Shown here: positions 37,556-46,333 of the stretch, one piece after another
How positions within the stretch are numbered: the stretch's first letter is position 1
How the letters are laid out: every line of letters begins with the position of its first letter
NCBI GenBank assembly: GCA_044222475.1
Contig: JBGANF010000003.1
Coordinates: 64,001 to 128,000 of the forward strand
Direction: 5' to 3'
From: Polyangiaceae bacterium
GTDB taxonomy: Bacteria > Myxococcota_A > Polyangia > Polyangiales > Polyangiaceae
Length of the DNA: 64,000 bases
The notes under the pieces: generated by a model
What the model was told of the DNA's origin: nothing
Databases searched by the model: none
Seen by the model: the letters and a program-made list of their open reading frames with translations, nothing else
Program-made: the position numbers and the translations under genes

Positions 37556-40243
37556 GTGTCGGAGAACCCCGATCTCATCGCGACCGAAGCGCGCGAGCTC
37601 ACCGGCGACGCCAAGGCCACCGGCCCCAAGACGTTCGGCCGCAAGGAAGAGGTCCACGCGCTCGCGCGGCTCCTCGCCCACGGGAAGAGCGTCGTCCTGA
37701 TCGGACCACCGGGCGTCGGCAAGACGGCGATCATCCAAAAGCTCCTCTCGTACCTCGCCGAAGGCCGGCTCCCCGAGCTCGCGAACGCGAGAGTCTACGA
37801 AGCGTCGACCGTCGTCCTGTGCTCCGACACGCGCTTCACCGGACAGCAGGAGCAACGCATCCGCGCCGTGCTCGCGCACGCGAAGCCCTCGCGCATCCAC
37901 TACGTCCCCGACGTCTGGAACCTGCCGTACGCGGGCTCGTACAGCACCAAGCCGCGCGGGATCTACGACCTGCTGCGGCCGGGGATCGAGGCGGGCAACT
38001 TGGTCCTCGTCGGCGAGTGCACGCCCGGTCGGTGGGACAAACTGTGCCAGGAGCATCCCGAGCTCGCGCGCGACTTCGTGACGCTCGTCGTGAAGGAGCC
38101 CACCGAAGAGGAGACGCGCGACCTCATGGTGCGCGCCGCGGCGAAGCTCTCGATGGCGTTCGAGCGGCAAGCGATCGACCGCGCGTACACGCTGACGAAG
38201 AAGTTCCAGCCGTCGATGAGCTTCCCCGGCAAGGGCGTCGAGCTGCTCCGACGCGCGACCGAGACGGCACGGCACGGCCCCAGCGGCACGCCGGAGCGAT
38301 CCGCGCCGATCGACGCGCCGTTCATCGAGAACGTGTTCGCGAAGCAGACCGGCCTGCCGATGCACATGATCTCGCCGCAGGTCCGCATGACCTACGAAGA
38401 GATGCACGCGTTCCTCGCCGAGCGCGTCCTCGGACAAGACGAGGCCGTGGCGGCCGTCGCCGATTTGCTTGCACTCTACAAGACCGGGCTCAAGGATCCC
38501 GACCGGCCCGCCGGCGTGCTGCTGTTCGTCGGCCCGACCGGCGTCGGCAAGACGGAGCTCGCGAAGGCGACGAGCGAGTTCCTCTTCGGCTCGCGCGAGC
38601 GAATGCTCCGCGTCGACATGAGCGAGTACAAGGACTACCACTCGTTCGAGAAGCTCATCGGCGACCCGAAGCAGCAGAAGGGCGGGCTGCTCACCGACCA
38701 CGTCCGAAAGCACCCGTTCTCCGTCGTCCTGCTCGACGAGTTCGAGAAGGGTCACCCCAACCTCGCCGACCTGTTCCTGCAGGTCTTCGACGACGGGCGA
38801 CTCACCGACGCCACCGGCGACACCGTCGACTTCCGTCACGCGATCCTGATCCTCACGTCGAACGTGGGCTCGAAGGTCCGCGACCTGACGAGCTCGATCG
38901 GCTTCGGAGAGAAGCGCCCCGGCGACATGCCGAAGGAGATGAACCGCGACGTGCGTCGCGAGCTCGAAGCGGCGTACCGGCCGGAGTTCCTCAACCGGAT
39001 CGATCGGATCCTCGTCTTCCACGCGCTCGCCAAGGGCGACATGCGGCGCATCGCCCAGCGCGAGCTCGGTAAGGTCTATCGCCGCGAAGGACTTCTCGAG
39101 CGCGACCTCCTCCTCGAGGTCGACGAGGGCGTGCTCGACCTCCTGCTCGATCGCGGGTTCGACCCCAAGTACGGGGCGCGCCCGCTCAAGCGCGCGATCG
39201 AGGAGCTCATCGTCCTGCCGCTCGCGCGCGCGGTGCTCTCCTCGCCCGATGCGCGCTTCCAGCTGCTGCGCATCGCGCGAAAGGGCGCTTCGATGCAGCT
39301 CACGTTCGAAGAGACCGAAGGCTCGCGCAAGCTCGCCAACCTCGAGCGACGCACCAAGGTCGACGACGGCGAAGGTCACGTGGTCCGCATGTCGCTCGCC
39401 GACGTGCGCACGCAGCTGGCGTCGATCTACGAGCGGCTCGCCGACCTCGAGCGCGCGGCGAAGGCCCAGGAGCTTCGTCGCGAGCTCGAGGAGCTGGAGG
39501 AGAAGGCGAAGAGCCCGGCGTTCTGGGATCAGGCGTTCGGCAAGGGCGGCGAGGTCTATCGCCGCCATCGGCTCGCGGTCGAAGTGCGACGCATCGACGA
39601 TCTCCGCGAGCGCGTCGATCTCGTGCACAAGCTCGTCGAGGCCAGCTTCGCCGAGGGCGAGGACGTCGTCGCCGAGGAGCTCGTCGCGAAGTTCGCTCGC
39701 CTCGAGCGGCAGCTCGTCCGCGCCGAGCGCGAGCTCGTGCTCTTCGACGAGCGCGACCGCGGCGACGCATGGATCCACGTCCACCCGACCGGCGCGAAGG
39801 ACGGCGCGGCGAGCTGGGCGAAGGAGCTCGCCGCCATGTACGAGAAATGGGGCGAGGAGCGGAAGTACGAGGTCGAGATCACGCACACCGGCGGTTGCTT
39901 CGACGTCGCGGTGAAGGGCCCGTACGCGTACGGGTACCTCAAGGCAGAGACGGGCGGGCACCGCTTGATGGCGGCACCGAAGGGTGGCCGCGACAAGCGG
40001 GCCGAGACCTACCTCGCGCGCGTCGACGTGCGTCCGCTCAGCGAGATGGCCCTTCGCAAGAAGGGCGAGAAGGCCGAGCGCATCCCCAAGGACGACGAGC
40101 CGCCGATTCGCACCTACGACACGCTGTCGTCGCGCGGCGTCCGTGATCGCCGCACCGGATACTCCGAAGGCGACGTGCGCAAGGTGCTCGGAGGGAAGCT
40201 CGAAGGTTTCCTCGAGGCGGTGTTCGCTAGCCCCGAGAAGTGA
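37556..40243 (+). CDS. ClpA/ClpB-type double AAA+ ATPase fused to a GGQ-less RF2-like (PCRF) module
   Basis: GPPGVGKT; GQDEAV, GPTGVGKTELAK, DMSEY, LLDEFEKGH, RPEFLNRID, YGARPLKRAIE; C-terminal SPAFWD, MYEKW, GPYAYGYLKAETGGHRL, IRTY, VRDRRTG, VLGGKLEGFLEA. Confidence 0.88.
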   Translation: MSENPDLIATEARELTGDAKATGPKTFGRKEEVHALARLLAHGKSVVLIGPPGVGKTAIIQKLLSYLAEGRLPELANARVYEASTVVLCSDTRFTGQQEQRIRAVLAHAKPSRIHYVPDVWNLPYAGSYSTKPRGIYDLLRPGIEAGNLVLVGECTPGRWDKLCQEHPELARDFVTLVVKEPTEEETRDLMVRAAAKLSMAFERQAIDRAYTLTKKFQPSMSFPGKGVELLRRATETARHGPSGTPERSAPIDAPFIENVFAKQTGLPMHMISPQVRMTYEEMHAFLAERVLGQDEAVAAVADLLALYKTGLKDPDRPAGVLLFVGPTGVGKTELAKATSEFLFGSRERMLRVDMSEYKDYHSFEKLIGDPKQQKGGLLTDHVRKHPFSVVLLDEFEKGHPNLADLFLQVFDDGRLTDATGDTVDFRHAILILTSNVGSKVRDLTSSIGFGEKRPGDMPKEMNRDVRRELEAAYRPEFLNRIDRILVFHALAKGDMRRIAQRELGKVYRREGLLERDLLLEVDEGVLDLLLDRGFDPKYGARPLKRAIEELIVLPLARAVLSSPDARFQLLRIARKGASMQLTFEETEGSRKLANLERRTKVDDGEGHVVRMSLADVRTQLASIYERLADLERAAKAQELRRELEELEEKAKSPAFWDQAFGKGGEVYRRHRLAVEVRRIDDLRERVDLVHKLVEASFAEGEDVVAEELVAKFARLERQLVRAERELVLFDERDRGDAWIHVHPTGAKDGAASWAKELAAMYEKWGEERKYEVEITHTGGCFDVAVKGPYAYGYLKAETGGHRLMAAPKGGRDKRAETYLARVDVRPLSEMALRKKGEKAERIPKDDEPPIRTYDTLSSRGVRDRRTGYSEGDVRKVLGGKLEGFLEAVFASPEK

Positions 40244-41407
40244 TCACAGCTTCGAGAAGTCGATCGTGCCCATCCAGATGTCGGTCTTGTCGAACATCCC
40301 GATGATCCACGGCTTGTCCGTCTCGAGGTCGCCCGAGTACCACGAGACGAGCGCGTGCGTCGGGTCGAGCATGACGTAGCCGGCGTACGCGGTGTCGCCG
40401 GCGCTCGGGATCTCGCCGTGCTCCTTCCACGCGAGCGCACCGGTCTCGAGGTCGCCCGTGAGCTCGTAGAGCGCCGTGCGCTTTCGGCCGGTGCCGTCGT
40501 GGAGGTGCTTGCGCGCGACGACGAAGAGGCGGCTCTTCACGAAGAACGCAAGCGGGCCGTCGAGGCGAACGCCGTCGAGCTCGCTCGGGCACGCGAACGC
40601 GTCGTACGGCGGATCGGCCAGGCACACTTTGGTACGGAGGCGACCTTCGGTGCCGAGGTACTCGGGATCGGTTCCATCCATGCGCACGAGCGCGAACATC
40701 TTCCCGCCGGGGGTGAAGCCGAGCTCGGTCTCGAGCGGCGTGTCCTCGGCCACTCCGTACACGAGCGCGCCCTTGGTCCAATTCCGCCCGTCCTTGGACG
40801 AGAAGAGGACGACGCTCTTGTCGCCGTCCTCGTACGCCGCGTTGAAGTACGTGCCGCCGCGCTCGACGATGCGCCAATAGCTCCACGTCGCCGGGCCGAT
40901 CGTCTCGAACGCGCTCCACGTCGCGCCGTCGGTCGAGTGGGTCGCGACCGCGATCGTGTCGACCCCGGTGTCGCGCGAGGAGTTCACCGGCAGACGCGTG
41001 AGCCCTTTGATCCACAGCTCTGTACCAACTTGGTAAAAGTGCGGATCGCGGAGGTCGCGGTCGATCGGCGCGGGGATCGTGGCCACGTCCTTGAAGCTCT
41101 TCCCTTCGTCGGTCGAGCGGTACACGTGGAGGCTCGAGTTCGGGCCGAGCGTCTGGCTGATCGCGGTGCGGTGTACGAGGTAGATCGCGCCCCCGAAGCG
41201 GATCATGTCGACGTTCTCGTCGTGGCGGCAGATCTGCGTGCGGCAGTCGCTCACGTTCTCGCGGTCGTGGCCGGACACGAAGACGTGCGCCTCGGTCATG
41301 AACGCCGGCAGCACCGGCTTCGGATCGTAGCCGGCGTCGACCGACACGTCCGGCGTCGACGTGGAGCACGCCACGAGGACCGCGGCTGAGAGGAGTCGAC
41401 GCATCAC
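40244..41407 (-). CDS. BNR/sialidase-like beta-propeller lipoprotein
   Basis: VLVAC lipobox; Asp-boxes STDEGKSF, STDGATW, SKDGRNW; DLRDP; PSAGDTAYAG. Confidence 0.75.
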   Translation of the reverse strand: MMRRLLSAAVLVACSTSTPDVSVDAGYDPKPVLPAFMTEAHVFVSGHDRENVSDCRTQICRHDENVDMIRFGGAIYLVHRTAISQTLGPNSSLHVYRSTDEGKSFKDVATIPAPIDRDLRDPHFYQVGTELWIKGLTRLPVNSSRDTGVDTIAVATHSTDGATWSAFETIGPATWSYWRIVERGGTYFNAAYEDGDKSVVLFSSKDGRNWTKGALVYGVAEDTPLETELGFTPGGKMFALVRMDGTDPEYLGTEGRLRTKVCLADPPYDAFACPSELDGVRLDGPLAFFVKSRLFVVARKHLHDGTGRKRTALYELTGDLETGALAWKEHGEIPSAGDTAYAGYVMLDPTHALVSWYSGDLETDKPWIIGMFDKTDIWMGTIDFSKL

Positions 41408-41432
41408 CCCACCGAAGATATATCGTCGCCAC

Positions 41433-41936
41433 ATGGCGGCGAAGAAGAAGACGACGAAGGCCGCGACACGCACCCCGGCGGAGCTCGTCGCGGCGTACGC
41501 GAGGGAGGCCGCACCGCTCGAGCGTCGCGGCGAGGGCGGACCCGAGCAGCTCCCGGCGGGCGCGGCGATCCTCGAGCTCGACGCGGCTGGTCGCGCGGCC
41601 GCCGCCGTGGCGGCCTACCGCGCGCTCCCGCGCGGGGGCGGAAGCTACGGCCAGCGGATCATGCTCGGCGTCCTCGTGTCGAAGCTCCTCAAGAGCAAGC
41701 TCCCCTTCGACGACGCGCAGATCGAGGCGATGGCCCTCGGCGCGGCGCACGCGTGGGGTCCCGCCTGGGGTCCCTGCGACTACGATCGCGCGCTCGTCAC
41801 GATGCTCGACAAGCGCGGCCTCCCGCTGAACGGTGCGACCAAGGCCGCGCTCGCGCTGCTCGTCCGGCGCCGCGGAACGAAGTTCGCGGAGGATCGCCAG
41901 GTGGTGAGCCTCTGCGAGAGGCTCGCCGCGCGTTGA
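41433..41936 (+). CDS. Hypothetical protein
   Basis: MAAKKKTTK start; TATCGT box 6 nt upstream; fills the gap between neighbours. Confidence 0.6.
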   Translation: MAAKKKTTKAATRTPAELVAAYAREAAPLERRGEGGPEQLPAGAAILELDAAGRAAAAVAAYRALPRGGGSYGQRIMLGVLVSKLLKSKLPFDDAQIEAMALGAAHAWGPAWGPCDYDRALVTMLDKRGLPLNGATKAALALLVRRRGTKFAEDRQVVSLCERLAAR

Positions 41937-42170
41937 TCAAAACGTCGCCATGACCTTCGGGTCGTCGGTGGACTTCAGGATCGTCTCGCAGCGCGTGCAC
42001 TGGTACTCGACCCACGTCGGGTAAGGCGTGGCGCCGAAGCACAGCAGCACCCACTTGATGGGCGAGAAGTGGAGCATCGGCTGCACGAGCGGGTGCTCCA
42101 GGTCGAAGCCACAGCGGCAGCGCGCGGGGTCCCGCTCCTTCGAGCCTTTCTTCTTCACGGCCTTCGCCAT
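41937..42170 (-). CDS. Small putative Zn-binding protein (77 aa)
   Basis: CRCG...CTRC with a short hydrophobic stretch between. Confidence 0.6.
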   Translation of the reverse strand: MAKAVKKKGSKERDPARCRCGFDLEHPLVQPMLHFSPIKWVLLCFGATPYPTWVEYQCTRCETILKSTDDPKVMATF

Positions 42171-42198
42171 TCGCCAATCGCCAATCGCCAATCGCCAA
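42164..42198. repeat. Tandem heptamer (TCGCCAA)x4 plus one variant
   Basis: tcgccat tcgccaa tcgccaa tcgccaa tcgccaa; the variant copy contains the start codon of the minus-strand gene. Confidence 0.9.
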
Positions 42199-42271
42199 AT
42201 CCAACTGACGTGCAATGTAGGCTCGCACGCCCCTTCCGTCGAGCAGCCGCCTTTGCTACCTCCATGGCACC

Positions 42272-44434
42272 TTGTCCGATTCCTCCCAAGCCTCGCGGTT
42301 CACCGGCGTCCTCCTCGAAATCGGCTGCGAAGAGCTGCCCTCGTCGTTCGTCGACGCGGCGCTCGCAGCGATGCCGGATCTCCTTCGAAAGCGCCTCGCG
42401 GAGCTTCGCATCAACCACGGTGAGGTGAAGGCGTACGGAACCCCGCGGCGCCTCGCCCTCGTCGCGCACGAGGTCGCCGATCGGCAGAGCGATCTCGACG
42501 AAGAGGTCGTCGGCCCTCCGGAGACTGCCGCGTACAAAGACGGAAAGCCTACCAAGGCCGCCGAGGCGTTCGCTCAGAAGCTGGGGATCCCGCTCGACGC
42601 GCTCTCGGTGAAGGAGCTCGGCGAAGGCAAGGCGAAGAAGCCGGGCCGCTACGTCGTCGGCCGCCACGCCGAGAAGGGCAAAGCGTCGTTCGACCTCCTC
42701 GGTGGAGTGCTCACCCAGGTCATCGGTGCCATCCCGTTCAAGAAGTCGATGCGCTGGGCCGATCTCGACGCGACGTTCGGCCGCCCGGTCCAGTGGATCG
42801 TGGCCCTCGTCGGCGACCGCGTGCTCGACGTCGAGTTCGCGGGGGTGAAGAGCGGGCGCGAGAGCCGCGGCCATCGCTTCCTCGCGCCCAAGCCCATCGC
42901 GGTCGAGAGCGCCCTTCGCTGGGTCGAGCAGCTCCGCGCGGCCCACGTCCTCGTCGACCGCGACGAGCGCGCGAAGACGATGATGGACCGCGTCGCCAAG
43001 GCCGCGGTCGCGCTCGGCGGCGTCCATGATCCCGATCCGTCGCTCGTGTCCGAGAACGCGTCGCTCGTCGAGGAACCCCACGTGGTCGTCGGCAGCTTCG
43101 AGAAGGAGTACCTCTCGCTCCCGCCCGCCGTCATCCGCGCGGTCGCGCGTGGGCACCAGAAGTATTTCTCCGTTCAGACCAGCAACGACGACGACGCTGC
43201 GCTGCTCCCCGCGTACCTCACGGTCGCGAACACCGCGAACGACCCCAAGAAGGTCGCGAAGGGCAACGACAGCGTCATGCGAGCGCGACTCTCCGACGCG
43301 CGGTTCTTCTTCGAAGAGGACAAGAAGGTCGCCGCCGAGACGCGGGTCGACAAACTCTCCGGCATCGTCTTCCACAACCGCCTCGGCACCGTGCGCGAGA
43401 AGGTCGCCCGCATCGAGAAGCTCGCGGCGCACATCGCGGCCGAGGTCGGGCTCTCCGCCGCCGACTCGGCGCTCGTCGCGAAGGCCGCCCACCTCTGCAA
43501 GAACGATCTCGTCGCGCTCATGGTCGGCGAGTTCCCCGAGCTCCAAGGGACGATGGGCCGCGCGTATGCCCTCGCCGCCGGCGACGACCCGCGCGTCGCC
43601 GACGCCATCCGCGACCACTGGAAGCCGCTCGGCGGCGACGCCCCGGTCGCGGCCGACGTCGTGTCGAAGGTCGTCGCCATCGCCGACCGCCTCGACAGCC
43701 TCGTCGGTTGCTACGCCGTCGGGCTCTCACCGACCGGCGCAGCCGATCCGTTCGCGCTCCGGCGCGCGTGCATCGGCTTCCTCCGCACCATGATCGAAGG
43801 GGCGCCGGCGTCGTGGACCAAGCTCCACTTCGGCGAGCTGTGCTCGTTCGCCTACGGGCTCTACGAAGGGAAGAAGCTCGACCTCGACGAGGCCGCCACG
43901 CGCCAGAAGCTCGAGGGGTTCGCGGCCGAGCGCCTCCGCGGCATCCTCGAAGGCCAGACGACACGAGCCGTCGCCGACGCGGTCCTCGCCGGCAACGCCT
44001 TCGCAGACGGCGAGATCGAGCCCGTCGTCATGCGGCCCGCATTTGCGCTCGCCAAGGCCCGCGCGCTCTCGAAGCTGGTCGAGGAAAAAGCGCCCTGGCT
44101 CGACAAAGCTCGCACGGTGGCCAAGCGTCTGAGTGGCATCAGCAAGGAAGCCAAACCGGAGCCCATCGCCAAGAGCGCGTTCTCGAAGCCGACCGATCAG
44201 GCGATCGTCGACCTCGTCGTCGCCCTCGACGAGAAGACGGCAGCCCTCGAAAGCGAGGCCGCGGTGCGCGAAGCGCTCGCCGCCATGGGTCCGCTCGCGG
44301 AGCAGGTCGACGCCATCTTCGTGAGCACCCTCGTCAACGACCCGAACGATGGCATCACGCCCCTTCGGCTCTCGCTCCTCTCCTACGGCGCGAGCTGCAT
44401 GATGCGGATCGCCGACTTCACGCGGCTGGCGTGA
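42272..44434 (+). CDS. glyS: Glycine--tRNA ligase beta subunit
   Basis: LLEIGCEELP, TPRRLA, KSMRW, SRGHRF, RARLSDARFFF, MVGEFPELQGTMG, PTGAADPFALRR. Confidence 0.95.
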   Translation: MSDSSQASRFTGVLLEIGCEELPSSFVDAALAAMPDLLRKRLAELRINHGEVKAYGTPRRLALVAHEVADRQSDLDEEVVGPPETAAYKDGKPTKAAEAFAQKLGIPLDALSVKELGEGKAKKPGRYVVGRHAEKGKASFDLLGGVLTQVIGAIPFKKSMRWADLDATFGRPVQWIVALVGDRVLDVEFAGVKSGRESRGHRFLAPKPIAVESALRWVEQLRAAHVLVDRDERAKTMMDRVAKAAVALGGVHDPDPSLVSENASLVEEPHVVVGSFEKEYLSLPPAVIRAVARGHQKYFSVQTSNDDDAALLPAYLTVANTANDPKKVAKGNDSVMRARLSDARFFFEEDKKVAAETRVDKLSGIVFHNRLGTVREKVARIEKLAAHIAAEVGLSAADSALVAKAAHLCKNDLVALMVGEFPELQGTMGRAYALAAGDDPRVADAIRDHWKPLGGDAPVAADVVSKVVAIADRLDSLVGCYAVGLSPTGAADPFALRRACIGFLRTMIEGAPASWTKLHFGELCSFAYGLYEGKKLDLDEAATRQKLEGFAAERLRGILEGQTTRAVADAVLAGNAFADGEIEPVVMRPAFALAKARALSKLVEEKAPWLDKARTVAKRLSGISKEAKPEPIAKSAFSKPTDQAIVDLVVALDEKTAALESEAAVREALAAMGPLAEQVDAIFVSTLVNDPNDGITPLRLSLLSYGASCMMRIADFTRLA

Positions 44435-44436
44435 CG

Positions 44437-45309
44437 ATGCGGCGGGGCGCCAGGTTCGCTCTAGCCGCGTTGCTCCTCGCCGCGTGCCGCGCCCCGGCGA
44501 CGCAGACCCAGCCGCTCCCGCCCGCGAGCGACTCGGCCGCCGCGGCGATCCCATCGGCCGCGGCGAGCGTCGCAGCGGTCGACCAGGTCCCGGTCGTCCC
44601 CGACGTCCAACCGGCACCCCTCGGCTGCATCGTGAAGTACTACGGAGGCGCCGCGCGCCGTGACCCGACGGGTTGGGTGTGGGTCGGAGACGACGGCAAG
44701 AGCATCGCGTACCATGATGGTACGACGCGCGAAGATCGCTGGCGCAACCCGACCATCGAAGACCTCTTCGAGCAGCGGTACCACACCGGGCCGATCACGA
44801 CCCCGGCCGAGGACTACGACCCCGGCCGGGTGCGCCAGGACGCGATCTTCTTCGCCGCGTTTGGTCACGACTCGGTCGAGGTGCAGAAGGCCCTGACGAC
44901 GGTGATGATCGCCGGCAAGCCCTTCTCGGTGCACAAGAAGATCAAACCGCAGCTCGAGCGCGTCGCGGCCCGCGTGGCGATCGAGCTCAAGAAGACGCCG
45001 TCGCTCGCCGACTACTTCGACAAGCCCGGCGGCACGTTCAACTGGCGACTGATCGCCGGCACCGACATGCTCAGCAACCACTCGTGGGCGGTCGCGCTCG
45101 ACCTCGACGTGCCGCACTCCAACTACTGGCGAAACGAGCCGGGCGTGGCCTCCGGGGCGAAGCCGATCATCTGGAAGAACCGCTACCCGCAGGCGGTGGT
45201 CGACGCCTTCGAGGCCGAGGGGTTCATCTGGGGTGGCCGCTGGCACCACTTCGACACGATGCACTTCGAGTATCGGCCGGAGTTGATCGATCAGTCCTGT
45301 TACCCGTAG
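44437..45309 (+). CDS. M15 family peptidoglycan peptidase lipoprotein
   Basis: LLLAAC lipobox; GGTFNWRLIAGT, SNHSWAVALD, GFIWGGRWHHFDTMHFEYRPE. Confidence 0.9.
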   Translation: MRRGARFALAALLLAACRAPATQTQPLPPASDSAAAAIPSAAASVAAVDQVPVVPDVQPAPLGCIVKYYGGAARRDPTGWVWVGDDGKSIAYHDGTTREDRWRNPTIEDLFEQRYHTGPITTPAEDYDPGRVRQDAIFFAAFGHDSVEVQKALTTVMIAGKPFSVHKKIKPQLERVAARVAIELKKTPSLADYFDKPGGTFNWRLIAGTDMLSNHSWAVALDLDVPHSNYWRNEPGVASGAKPIIWKNRYPQAVVDAFEAEGFIWGGRWHHFDTMHFEYRPELIDQSCYP

Positions 45310-45353
45310 TTCACGCTAGCCACCGAACCCCATCGTTTCCGAAGACTTGGCCC

Positions 45354-45369
45354 TGGCATTGCGGTTGCA
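45354..45369 (+). promoter_or_regulatory. Putative sigma-54 (-24/-12) promoter
   Basis: TGGCATTGCGGTTGCA: GG-N10-GC with TGGCA and TTGCA consensus halves, ending 16 nt before ATG 45386. Confidence 0.6.
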
Positions 45370-45385
45370 CCACGATCGCTCGACC

Positions 45386-45844
45386 ATGCAGCGTTCGCTC
45401 CTTTTCGCCCCGCTCGCCCTCGCGGGCGCCCTCCTCGGTGGCTGCGCCGCCGACCCCGCGCCCCAGGCAAACGGCTTCAATGTCGAGCTCTGGTTCGACG
45501 CGCCGGCGGGTGGGCTCGTCGTGGGGACCGCCAAAGAGGTCAAGGTCCAGCGCATCGAAGCGAACTACGCGCGCTGCCAGAGCTCGAGCACCGTCTGTGA
45601 CCCCCGCGCGCCCGAGCCGATCTCGCTCGTGTCTGCCGCATGCGACGACGACGCCTGCACCGTCGACGCCTCGTCCAGCCGCGACGGTGCGGTCATCCTT
45701 CAGACGACCGGTACCAAAGAGGGACCGACGACCCTCCGCGTGAGCGTCAAGGACGTCGCCACCGGCGAGGTCTTCGAAGACGCGTTCCCGATCGTGGTGC
45801 AGCTTCCTCGCTCCCTCGACGAACGCCGCTTCGGCAGGCGCTGA
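45386..45844 (+). CDS. Small lipoprotein
   Basis: LLGGC lipobox; four further Cys; beta-rich. Confidence 0.7.
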   Translation: MQRSLLFAPLALAGALLGGCAADPAPQANGFNVELWFDAPAGGLVVGTAKEVKVQRIEANYARCQSSSTVCDPRAPEPISLVSAACDDDACTVDASSSRDGAVILQTTGTKEGPTTLRVSVKDVATGEVFEDAFPIVVQLPRSLDERRFGRR

Positions 45845-45847
45845 GCG

Positions 45848-46333
45848 TCAGCGTCGTTCGAGCACGACGTACTCGACGTCGCTCGACTCGCCCTTTCGTC
45901 GCTCCGTCTCGCGAAACGCCGCTCGGTCGATCTCCGGGAAGCGCACGTCCCCGTCGACCGCGCGATGAACCTCGGTGAGGAAGATCGTCGTCACGAGCGG
46001 CAGGGCCTCGGCGTAGATCCGCGCGCCTCCCACCACCCTCGGCTCTTCGTCGGTACGCCACGCCAGCTCCAGCGCCTCGGCGAGCGTCGCGCGCGCCTCG
46101 CATCCGGTGGCGACGAGCTCGGGGTGACTCGTCACGACGACGTTGGTCCGCCCGGGGAGCGCCTTTCCGATCGACTGATGGGTGAGCCTCCCCATCACGA
46201 TGACATGGCCCATCGTCACGGCGCGGAAGTGCTTCATGTCTTCCGGGATGTGCCAGGGCAGCGCGTTCCCCTTCCCTATGATCCGGTCGTCGTTCATGGC
46301 GACGACGAGCGCGAGCTTGCGCGCCTGGGTCAC
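45848..46333 (-). CDS. folA: Dihydrofolate reductase
   Basis: [52 protein letters not shown] overlap with thyA. Confidence 0.95.
   Translation of the reverse strand: MTQARKLALVVAMNDDRIIGKGNALPWHIPEDMKHFRAVTMGHVIVMGRLTHQSIGKALPGRTNVVVTSHPELVATGCEARATLAEALELAWRTDEEPRVVGGARIYAEALPLVTTIFLTEVHRAVDGDVRFPEIDRAAFRETERRKGESSDVEYVVLERR

Noticed and set aside
37121..39961. 946-aa minus-strand ORF (and the 36562..39072 plus ORF)
   Set aside because: Shadow or off-frame ORFs over the Clp-RF2 gene.
39389..40243. Separate genuine prfB gene or RF2 programmed frameshift
   Set aside because: No stop separates it from the AAA+ part, I saw no CTT-TGA slippery site, and GGQ and SPF are absent. A minor internal start at ATG 39389 cannot be excluded.
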